Of a stretch of 28,275 nucleotides of DNA, positions 17,457 through 25,201 are shown one piece after another. The number at the start of each line of letters is the position of its first letter. Positions within the stretch are counted from its first letter, which is position 1. The notes beneath the pieces were generated by a model that made no database searches, had not been told where the DNA came from, and was given only the letters and a program-made list of their open reading frames with translations. Origin of the DNA: a virus (taxonomy: Duplodnaviria > Caudoviricetes); the IMG/VR virus record IMGVR_UViG_3300007960_000132, positions 1 to 28,275 of that record; one strand, written 5' to 3'. The position numbers and the translations under genes are program-made.

Positions 17457-20400
17457 TTAATAATAGAACGTTGTCTCCCAAGTAGTTGTCGTACTAAACG
17501 TGGTAGACCAAGTTGTCGTCCAAGAAGTAAGTGTTATAGTTTGAGTTTGGAAAGTCGTTGTAGTAGATGTAGATGTTTGCCAAGTGGTGGTTGTCTGTAC
17601 ACTTGTCTCCCAGGTAGTTACAGTGTTCACACTTGTTGAAGTACTAGTTGTCCATCTTGTAACAGTAACAACGCTTGTTGTCCACGTGGTTGTTGTGCTT
17701 TTAGAAGTCTGCCAAGTGGTTGTAGTACTTTTAGATGTTTCCCACGTCGTAACCCAAGTAGTGGTGGTAGATGCGCTAGTAGCGTATGTAGTCCTTGTAC
17801 TTGTTGACGTTGTCCACTTTGTAGTTGTCTCTCTAGACGTGTTCCACGTTGTTATCCAGCTAGTCGTCGTAGACGTACTTGTGTTATACGTCGTCGTTGT
17901 AGATGTTGACGTGTTAAAACTGGTCGTCGTACTATGACTAGTGTTATATGTCGTGGTTGTTGACTTAGACGTTGACGTTGATACTGTCCAAGTAGTTATC
18001 GTAATAGTAGACGTTGTCCAACTGGTTATAGTCTCTTTAGACGTTGACCAAGTTGTAGTTGTTGACTTACTTGTTGAAACGCTTGTCTGCCAAGTTGTAG
18101 TTGTGCTTTGGCTTGTACTCCACGTGGTCACCGTTGAGTGAGATGTTTCGTATGTCGTTGTCGTTTCCTTCTCGGTTGATCTACTTGTGTTGTACTTTGT
18201 TGTAGTACTATGACTCGTATTGTAGGTCGTAGTTGTCGTTGTACTTGTATTATACGTAGTAGTCGTAGACTTAGACGTGCTATGGCTAGTTACCCAAGTA
18301 GTAGTTGTACTCATACTAGTACTCCACGTGGTAACGGTTACAGTCGTTGTAGAATACGTGGTTGTAGTACTATGAGAAGTACTATGACTAGTTTGCCACG
18401 TTGTTGTAGTAGACTTGCTAGTATTATAAGACGTAACTGTCGTTGTACTTGTATTATACGTAGTGGTCGTTGATCTACTAGTGCCATGGCTTGTCTGCCA
18501 GGTTGTAGTTGTGCTCTGACTGGTGCTCCAAATAGTCACCGTTATGGTTGAGGTGGAGTATGTTGTAGTGGTGCTATGAGAAGTACTGTGACTCGTCTGC
18601 CACGTAGTTGTCGTAGAGTGGCTAGTACTATACGTTGTGGTAGTAGAGTGGTTAGTACTGTATGTCGTTGTTGTACTCCTAGACGTTCCATGACTTGTCT
18701 GCCAAGTTGTGGTCGTACTCTGGCTTGTATTCCACGTAGTAATAGTAATAGTAGACGTTGAATAAGTTGTCGTCGTGCTATGACTTGTTGAATGGCTTGT
18801 TTGCCACGTCGTAGTTGTGCTCTTACTGGTATTATACGTTGTTGTAGTAGACTTACTGGTGTTATATGTTGTTGTAGTACTATGGCTTGTACCATGGCTC
18901 GTTTGCCAAGTGGTAGTTGTGCTTTTACTTGTGTTCCATGTCGTCACAGTAATAGTAGACGTTGATCTACTAGTATTGTACGTTGTCGTTGTACTCTTGC
19001 TGGTATTATAAGTCGTGGTCGTAGTATGACTAGTACTATACGTAGTTGTAGTGGATTTAGATGTTCCGTGACTAGTCTGCCATGTTGTTGTGGTGCTCTG
19101 ACTCGTGTTCCACGTCGTTACAGTTATAGTGCTAGTACTATATGTTGTAGTTGTAGTATGACTAGTAGAATGGCTTGTTTGCCATGTTGTTGTAGTGCTC
19201 TTAGATGTATTGTAAGTAGTCGTAGTACTCTTACTTGTGTTGTAAGACGTTGTCGTTGACTTAGAAGTTCCATGGCTAGTTTGCCAAGTTGTCGTGGTAC
19301 TTTGGCTAGTATTCCAGGTTGTAACAGTTATAGTCGATGTTGATCTACTTGTATTGTAAGTCGTTGTTGTACTCTTGCTAGTATTGTACGTCGTAGTGGT
19401 TGACTTACTAGTGCTGTACGTTGTGGTTGTACTTTTAGTTGTACTCTTAGATGTGTTGTACGTAGTAGTGGTAGACTTACTTGTATTGTATGTTGTTGTA
19501 GTAGATTTACTAGTATTATAAGTTGTAGTCCATGTTGTAGTCGTACTCTTACTAGTGTTCCAAACCGTTACGGTTATAGTAGACGTAGAATACGTAGTAG
19601 TCGTTGTCTTAGATGTGCTATGACTGGTCTGCCACGTGGTCGTTGTTGAATGACTCGTGTTGTAAGTAGTGGTTGTAGACTTACTAGTTGAGTATCTAGT
19701 CGTTGTGGAATGACTAGTGTTCCAAGTTGTTCTCGTTCTAGTAGACGTAGATGCTGAGTACGTCGTGGCAACAGTAGTATTCCATGTCGTAGTAGTAGAC
19801 TTGTTCGTAGATACGCTAGTATTGAAGTAAGTGGTAAATGACGTTGTCCAAGTCGTTGTGTACGTGGTATTCCAAGCTGTGGTCGTACTAGTTTCACCAC
19901 CAGAATACTCACCGCACAAATCTAATTGTACTATATCTCTATATGCTCCACGTATCGAAACAGAACCCTTTCTTGCACAATCAACAAAGAATTCTGGCTC
20001 AGCAAGTTCGAACTCCACGTATCTTCCATCACAATCTGTGTAGCTTAGTATAACCGGTTCTCTATCTAAGATTATGTAGTATGAGTAACATTCGCCACCT
20101 GGTAAGCTAGTAGTTGTTGATATACTGGTTGCTCTAGACGTTGATCTACTCGTCGACTTACTTGTTGCTCTACTGGTTTGCCAAGTTGTAGTCCAAGTTG
20201 TTGTTGTGGACTTAGATGTTGATCTCAACGTGTTTACAACCCAAGTTGTAGTCCAAGTTGTTATCGTATCTATGGCTGTTGGATAAGTTGTTGTAGTGCT
20301 ATGGCTAGTATCCCAAGTTGTCGTTGTTGATCTACTAGTACTGTAAGTTGTTGTAGTAGATCTACTCGTATTGTAATATGTCGTCCATGTAGTAGTCGTA

Positions 20401-22562
20401 GTGTGACTCGTGTTCCACGTAGTTGTAGTCTTAGTAGCAGTCTCCCAGGTGGTCGTCGTAGACCTGTTTGTGCTATGGCTTGTCGCGTACGTTGTTGTGG
20501 TTGAGTGACTAGTACTAAACGTTGTTGTAGTACTATGAGATGTTGACCAGGTTGTAGTATATGTCGTAGTCGTACTGTGACTAGTATTGTATGTCGTAGT
20601 CGTTGAATGGCTAGTACTCCAAGTAGTGGTAGTAGAATGACTAGTGCTCCACGTCGTGGTCCAAGTGGTTGTTGTTTTGGTTGCTGTCTCCCAAGTAGTT
20701 GTCGTGGATCTGTTTGTGTTATAGTAAGTTGTCCACGAGGTCGTCGTGCTGTGCGATGTTACCCAAGTAGTAGTCGTTGAGTGACTAGTACTCCACGTTG
20801 TCGTCGTACTCCTAGTAGTATTGTAATACGTTGTATACGTGGTTGTAGTTGAGTGACTAGTGTTCCAAGTAGTTGTGGTCTTAGTAGCCGTCTCCCACGT
20901 TGTTGTAGTACTTCTATTCGTATTGTAATACGTAGTCCAAGAAGTGGTTGTAGAATGGTTTGTGTTATACGTTGTGGTAGTGGTATGCGAAGTCGACCAA
21001 GTGGTGGTTGTACTGTGGCTAGTCTGCCACGTTGTAGTCCAAGTGGTTGTAGTTTTTGTCGCCGTTTCCCACGTTGTTGTAGTGCTTCTACTTGTATTGT
21101 AATAAGTAGTATACGACGTGGTAGTACTATGACTCGTGCTAAAAGTTGTGGTTGTTGAATGACTAGTGCTCCAAGTCGTCGTTGTGGACTTAGATGTGTT
21201 ATAATACGTGGTATAGGTGGTGGTAGTACTATGGCTAGTATTCCAAGTCGTTTTAGTCTTAGTAGCAGTTTCCCAAGTCGTGGTAGTGCTTCTAGTTGTA
21301 TTATAGTACGTTGTCCAAGACGTCGTCGTCGTGTGGTTCGTACTGTATGTGGTAGTAGTACTGTGACTGGTATTATACGTTGTTGTTGTAGATTTAGTCG
21401 TATTATACGTAGTAGTATAAGTTGTTGTTGTACTATGACTAGTGTTCCACGTGGTTGTAGTTTTTGTAGCTGTTTCCCAGGTGGTTGTTGTAGATCTACT
21501 CGTGTTATAATACGTTGTCCACGAAGTGGTAGTGCTGTGAGATGTCTGCCAGGTGGTAGTAGTACTATGACTTGTCTCCCACGTGGTAGTAGTTGACTTT
21601 GACGTATTGTAGTATGTTGTATACGTTGTAGTAGTTGAATGACTAGTGTTAAACGTATAAACAGTTTTTGTAGCTGTTTCCCAGGTAGTCGTGGTTGATC
21701 TACTAGTATTATAACTAGTTGTCCATGTAGTGGTTGTTGAATGAGACGTGCTAAACGTGGTTGTCGTGCTATGGCTAGTACTGTATGTGGTAGTCGTGCT
21801 GTGACTCGTTTGCCATGTAGTCGTAAATGTAGTGGTTGTACTATGGCTAGTACTATACGTAGTATTTGTTTTTGTAGCAGTCTCCCAAGTAGTTGTGGTA
21901 CTTGTAGATGTGTTAAAGTAGCTAATCCACGAGGTCGTTGTGCTAGTTGATGTATTCCAAGACGTCGTTGTGGTTATGCTTGTCGTCCAAGAAGTCGTGG
22001 TTTTTGTGGCGGTTTCCCAATATGTCACCCACGTTGTTGTCGTACTATGACTAGTGTGGTATGTAGTTGTAGTTGACTTACTAGTAACCCAAGTAGTTGT
22101 AGTACTATGAGATGTCTCCCAGGTAGTCGTTGTAGACCTAGACGTCGATGTTGATGTGTCGAATTTTGTTATGGTAATAGTAGACGTTTGCCACTCCGTT
22201 GTAGTGGTTGTACTCGTCTCCCACGTTGTTGTTGTAGACTTAGAAGTCGACGTAGATGTATTAAACGCCGTAGTTGTTGACGTAGATGTATTAAACGTGG
22301 TTGTAGTGGAAGTGCTTGTCGACCAAGAGGTTGTTGTTTCTGCTTCGGTGTCCCAATAAGTTATCCAAGCAGTTTTAGTCTTAGTAGCCGTTTCGAAAAC
22401 AGTTGTTGTGCTAGTAGACGTATTCCAAGTGGTTGTAGTTGATTTTTGGGTATCCCAAACCGTTACAGTGTTAGAACTAGTATTCTTAGAAGTATTTCTA
22501 GATGTGTTTGTAGAAGTTGACGTGTTCCACTTGTATATTTCCCAAAAACCAAAACCAGGCAT
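17457..22562 (-). CDS. Giant Thr/Ser-rich repeat protein (1701 aa) with two reverse-complementary arms and a central 4-Cys domain; predicted long beta-hairpin fibre
   Basis: 5.1-kb open frame in a fibre-gene context. Units of the form [WYF]xTS[HKRT]STTTT. Unique domain at about residues 820-889. Confidence 0.9.
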   Translation of the reverse strand: MPGFGFWEIYKWNTSTSTNTSRNTSKNTSSNTVTVWDTQKSTTTTWNTSTSTTTVFETATKTKTAWITYWDTEAETTTSWSTSTSTTTTFNTSTSTTTAFNTSTSTSKSTTTTWETSTTTTTEWQTSTITITKFDTSTSTSRSTTTTWETSHSTTTTWVTSKSTTTTYHTSHSTTTTWVTYWETATKTTTSWTTSITTTTSWNTSTSTTTSWISYFNTSTSTTTTWETATKTNTTYSTSHSTTTTFTTTWQTSHSTTTTYSTSHSTTTTFSTSHSTTTTWTTSYNTSRSTTTTWETATKTVYTFNTSHSTTTTYTTYYNTSKSTTTTWETSHSTTTTWQTSHSTTTSWTTYYNTSRSTTTTWETATKTTTTWNTSHSTTTTYTTTYNTTKSTTTTYNTSHSTTTTYSTNHTTTTSWTTYYNTTRSTTTTWETATKTKTTWNTSHSTTTTYTTYYNTSKSTTTTWSTSHSTTTTFSTSHSTTTSYTTYYNTSRSTTTTWETATKTTTTWTTTWQTSHSTTTTWSTSHTTTTTYNTNHSTTTSWTTYYNTNRSTTTTWETATKTTTTWNTSHSTTTTYTTYYNTTRSTTTTWSTSHSTTTTWVTSHSTTTSWTTYYNTNRSTTTTWETATKTTTTWTTTWSTSHSTTTTWSTSHSTTTTYNTSHSTTTTYTTTWSTSHSTTTTFSTSHSTTTTYATSHSTNRSTTTTWETATKTTTTWNTSHTTTTTWTTYYNTSRSTTTTYSTSRSTTTTWDTSHSTTTTYPTAIDTITTWTTTWVVNTLRSTSKSTTTTWTTTWQTSRATSKSTSRSTSRATSISTTTSLPGGECYSYYIILDREPVILSYTDCDGRYVEFELAEPEFFVDCARKGSVSIRGAYRDIVQLDLCGEYSGGETSTTTAWNTTYTTTWTTSFTTYFNTSVSTNKSTTTTWNTTVATTYSASTSTRTRTTWNTSHSTTTRYSTSKSTTTTYNTSHSTTTTWQTSHSTSKTTTTTYSTSTITVTVWNTSKSTTTTWTTTYNTSKSTTTTYNTSKSTTTTYNTSKSTTKSTTTTYSTSKSTTTTYNTSKSTTTTYNTSRSTSTITVTTWNTSQSTTTTWQTSHGTSKSTTTSYNTSKSTTTTYNTSKSTTTTWQTSHSTSHTTTTTYSTSTITVTTWNTSQSTTTTWQTSHGTSKSTTTTYSTSHTTTTTYNTSKSTTTTYNTSRSTSTITVTTWNTSKSTTTTWQTSHGTSHSTTTTYNTSKSTTTTYNTSKSTTTTWQTSHSTSHSTTTTYSTSTITITTWNTSQSTTTTWQTSHGTSRSTTTTYSTNHSTTTTYSTSHSTTTTWQTSHSTSHSTTTTYSTSTITVTIWSTSQSTTTTWQTSHGTSRSTTTTYNTSTTTVTSYNTSKSTTTTWQTSHSTSHSTTTTYSTTTVTVTTWSTSMSTTTTWVTSHSTSKSTTTTYNTSTTTTTTYNTSHSTTTKYNTSRSTEKETTTTYETSHSTVTTWSTSQSTTTTWQTSVSTSKSTTTTWSTSKETITSWTTSTITITTWTVSTSTSKSTTTTYNTSHSTTTSFNTSTSTTTTYNTSTSTTTSWITTWNTSRETTTKWTTSTSTRTTYATSASTTTTWVTTWETSKSTTTTWQTSKSTTTTWTTSVVTVTRWTTSTSTSVNTVTTWETSVQTTTTWQTSTSTTTTFQTQTITLTSWTTTWSTTFSTTTTWETTFYY
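17460..19895 (-). repeat. C-terminal arm: degenerate 30-nt/42-nt coding repeats (10-aa and 14-aa units; STITVT and WQTSH[GS]TS[HKR] markers)
   Basis: About 68 units parsed by hand. Unit lengths mirror those of the N-terminal arm. Confidence 0.9.
20106..22529 (-). repeat. N-terminal arm: degenerate 30-nt/42-nt coding repeats (10-aa and 14-aa units; WETATK and [WY]TTYY markers)
   Basis: About 68 units parsed by hand from the translation, with a ~68-aa higher-order period in the middle part. Confidence 0.9.
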
Positions 22563-22571
22563 AGCTTTGTA

Positions 22572-23099
22572 TTAACCGAAGTTACCAATATAATTTACTA
22601 ACACAGTGTCTCTATCGACAACGAAGTACGACATGATTGAAACGTCGCCAGCATCTGTTTGCCAAGCTATAGAATCTCCATTTGGTGTTTTTAAATTAGA
22701 AGGTAACGCTTCTGGTGCTGTAACATCTCTGTTAACAATAATGAAAGTGCCAGATTGACCAACGTTACCTGCTTGGACAATAACATTAAGTGCCCAAGAT
22801 CCAGCTGGAGACAACAAAAAATTGTGGCCTTCGGTTAAATCTATGATGAAAGAACCATTAGGTTCTTGATTCTTAGATACTGGAGTAAAATAATCTACCG
22901 TTGTATAAAGAGACGCTAAACTAGGAATACGAGCGACATCAAACGTGCCGCTCGTTATTTTAGATGCTGACAAGTTCGGTATACGTGCCGTAGCGAATGT
23001 TCCGCTATTTATTTTAGCGGCGTCTAGACTAGGGATGTCTGAGGCCTCAAGATTGTGAGACCCCAGAACATCAATGTCACCTATGAACTTTATTGCCAT
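22572..23099 (-). CDS. Short tail-fibre-like protein / possible adaptor (175 aa)
   Basis: Two and a bit 18-aa repeats (IPSLDAAKINSGTFATAR, IPNLSASKITSGTFDVAR, IPSL) of a kind seen in phage fibre shafts, followed by a ~100-aa beta-rich C-terminal domain. Confidence 0.65.
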   Translation of the reverse strand: MAIKFIGDIDVLGSHNLEASDIPSLDAAKINSGTFATARIPNLSASKITSGTFDVARIPSLASLYTTVDYFTPVSKNQEPNGSFIIDLTEGHNFLLSPAGSWALNVIVQAGNVGQSGTFIIVNRDVTAPEALPSNLKTPNGDSIAWQTDAGDVSIMSYFVVDRDTVLVNYIGNFG

Positions 23100-23118
23100 C
23101 TTATCCTAATTTTTACTA

Positions 23119-24189
23119 TTAGGCTCTCGTACCGATAATAAGTAGATCGTATTGTACGTCAGCCACGGTTGTGAATGTGATTTCTCTTGTAGCTCTATTG
23201 TGAACAACGTCAGTATGAACAAGTATAGCTCTGTCACCATCGAGTTCGTATAGAGTCACAGAAAGAGGAAGAGTGTTATTCCAATCAGCAACGTTGTAAA
23301 CGAAAGGTTCAGCGGTACCAACTATAACTCTACTAGCGTGGTACACATCCGTGTACATCGCCAAGGTATTGTTAGACGTAGTGTAAGCCGCGGACAGTCC
23401 ATATAGAGACGCACCGGCAATCAAACCACCAGCTAAGTCTTCGATTTCATTATTTGTTCTCTGTACGGCGTTAATCGTTATAACGTCAGAAGCTTGAGAT
23501 ACGGTTACGTTATTACCAGCCTTAATTACGACATCATCGTTAACGCCGCCGCCAGCAAGTCTAATCTTAACTTGAGAAGAGTCAGCTCCAGCAACAGTTG
23601 AGATCGCGTAAGTATAGTTGTTGTACTCAGATGGTACTGGGATAACGTTCACTGAAGAGTCAGGAAGCGTGAATACCCATCTACTATCTGGACCCTCCTC
23701 TCGCAAGAACAGAGATAAGTTTCCACCTTCGCTACCGCCTCTGTTAACCTCTATACCAGCGTCCTCTCTAGCTTGTTCGTCAACCTTAACGTTAGAGTTC
23801 AACAAGATAATGTTGTCCTGAATAGCAACAGTTTCTGGAGCTGTCATGACATAATCACCCTTGATAGTGAGGTCACCATCAATGATCATTCCCGTTGTGC
23901 TTAACACACCGTTTATACTCTGATCTCCAGATGTTCTTATAACAGAGTTATCAACACTAACTGTTACTCCATCAGCGGCGACACTGATACCATCTCCAGC
24001 AATCAAACTGGATCCAACTTCATTCCAATTTGTACCATCGAAAACGTTTAACTTACCGTCGGTGGTGTTGAAATAAACATGACCTGCAGCTAAACCTGCG
24101 GGCTCGTTAACGGTGCTGAAGTTTTCAATCCTCAGCTTTTTTAGCTCTAAACCTGAAAGGTCTAGACTAGATAGATACTTAATAGCCAT
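23119..24189 (-). CDS. Fibre/spike-like structural protein (356 aa)
   Basis: Fibre-type motifs GHVYFNTTDGKLNVFDGTNW, LIAGDGISV, IQDNIILLNSN...DAGIEVNRG and KAGNNVTVSQASDVITINA. Confidence 0.7.
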   Translation of the reverse strand: MAIKYLSSLDLSGLELKKLRIENFSTVNEPAGLAAGHVYFNTTDGKLNVFDGTNWNEVGSSLIAGDGISVAADGVTVSVDNSVIRTSGDQSINGVLSTTGMIIDGDLTIKGDYVMTAPETVAIQDNIILLNSNVKVDEQAREDAGIEVNRGGSEGGNLSLFLREEGPDSRWVFTLPDSSVNVIPVPSEYNNYTYAISTVAGADSSQVKIRLAGGGVNDDVVIKAGNNVTVSQASDVITINAVQRTNNEIEDLAGGLIAGASLYGLSAAYTTSNNTLAMYTDVYHASRVIVGTAEPFVYNVADWNNTLPLSVTLYELDGDRAILVHTDVVHNRATREITFTTVADVQYDLLIIGTRA

Positions 24190-24202
24190 CTTTTAAGGGT
24201 TT

Positions 24203-24913
24203 TTAGTTTAAAATAGCTGTGCCCGCAAATGGCTCAGCGAAGGTTATAGTTAAAGAATCTACACTGTTATGTGTAACTTGTGCTTCTACCTGTTCGTTGG
24301 TATCGTATGATAGTATCGTAACGGATGGGTTTTTACCAAGATTGTGGTTTATGACCCATTGTGACGAAGCGTTGTGAAACTGAGATCCAGTTGAATATGT
24401 TTTATCTGAATCATTTGGGTTTACAGCTAAACCGTAAATAGTTGTATCAACTAGAGTACCAGCACCCTCTACATATTCCAATGTTAAAACAACAAAGTCA
24501 CGTAATTCGGCATGGTCCTCTATAGATAATACTTTATAGTTTACAAAAGACTCTTGATCGTTAAATGAAAACAACCAAAGTTTATTACCAACGGCGTAAT
24601 TAAAAAGCGCCTTGTGGCGCTGAAGAGCGAAGTTGTAGATACTTACGCCTAGTTTGGTTATGTTAGACATGTTTAGGTCACCAGATCCCTCCGGTAAGAA
24701 CATCGAGCCATATGTTAAATATGTTGGATCTTGCTCTACCGTAAATCTTAGACTTGTTTGTCTATTTATACCTATAGACGCCGTATTGTTTAGAAACGAA
24801 GCTATGGCACTTGGCGGAAAGTTCTTGGTAGCACCAGTAGAACCATCCGTACCTAAAAGTTTATCATCGTTCTGTATCGATGTCTCTAATGCGTAAGTAC
24901 TTATTCTTGCCAT
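24203..24913 (-). CDS. Structural protein (236 aa), probably fibre-associated
   Basis: N-terminal MARISTY...DDKLLGTD and a C-terminal WVINHNLGKNPSVTI...LTITFAEPFAGTAILN small beta domain common in phage structural proteins. Confidence 0.65.
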   Translation of the reverse strand: MARISTYALETSIQNDDKLLGTDGSTGATKNFPPSAIASFLNNTASIGINRQTSLRFTVEQDPTYLTYGSMFLPEGSGDLNMSNITKLGVSIYNFALQRHKALFNYAVGNKLWLFSFNDQESFVNYKVLSIEDHAELRDFVVLTLEYVEGAGTLVDTTIYGLAVNPNDSDKTYSTGSQFHNASSQWVINHNLGKNPSVTILSYDTNEQVEAQVTHNSVDSLTITFAEPFAGTAILN

Positions 24914-24930
24914 TGTTTTTTACTTGCTTT

Positions 24931-25200
24931 TTAGCAATTCCATCTACGACGTGCGGCCAAACCTCTTTCACCTGTCCATCCCTTCGATCTAGCGCAAAAC
25001 GACTTTCTTCTCGCGGCTCTTTCTCCTGTTGGGTTCTTTTCTGTTACGGCTGTTTTCAGCTTACTACCGGGATTTTCTCTTCTGTATTGAGCCACGCCCT
25101 TTTCGGTCATACCAGCACCTTCTTCTGTAGTGCGAAATGTTCTTCCTTTACCCTTTGTTGTTTTCTTCATCAAGAAGGGCGAGTTCTGAGTATATGCCAT
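24931..25200 (-). CDS. Small basic phage protein, DUF6321-like (89 aa)
   Basis: ATG at 25200 (MAYTQNSPFLMKK) preferred to the GTG at 25257. GAGMTEKGVAQYRRENPGSKLKTAV...RRKSFCARS...RRRWNC is a recurrent phage family; the DUF number is from memory. Confidence 0.7.
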   Translation of the reverse strand: MAYTQNSPFLMKKTTKGKGRTFRTTEEGAGMTEKGVAQYRRENPGSKLKTAVTEKNPTGERAARRKSFCARSKGWTGERGLAARRRWNC

Positions 25201-25201
25201 C

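Noticed and set aside
17430-22359. Many Val-rich or Cys/Arg/Ser-rich plus-strand ORFs and alternative-frame minus ORFs within the giant gene
   Set aside because: They are antisense or frame shadows of Thr/Ser codon repeats.
17457-22562. Possible CRISPR array or non-coding tandem repeat (recurrent ACTAGT, GTAGTA, GTTGT)
   Set aside because: The periodicity is 30/42 nt, in frame, with variation at synonymous positions and no constant repeat plus unique spacer structure. ACTAGT is simply Thr-Ser codons.
17457-22562. DNA-level inverted repeat or RNA hairpin as the cause of the symmetry
   Set aside because: Both arms have the same strand composition (Thr codons on the minus strand). A DNA inverted repeat would make one arm Val/Cys/Ser/Gly-rich, so the symmetry exists only in the protein.
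17457-22562. Disordered mucin-like protein or assembly artefact
   Set aside because: The arms are almost free of Pro, aromatics are strictly periodic, units are non-identical at the DNA level, and the long-range mirrored pattern could not arise from repeat collapse or misassembly.
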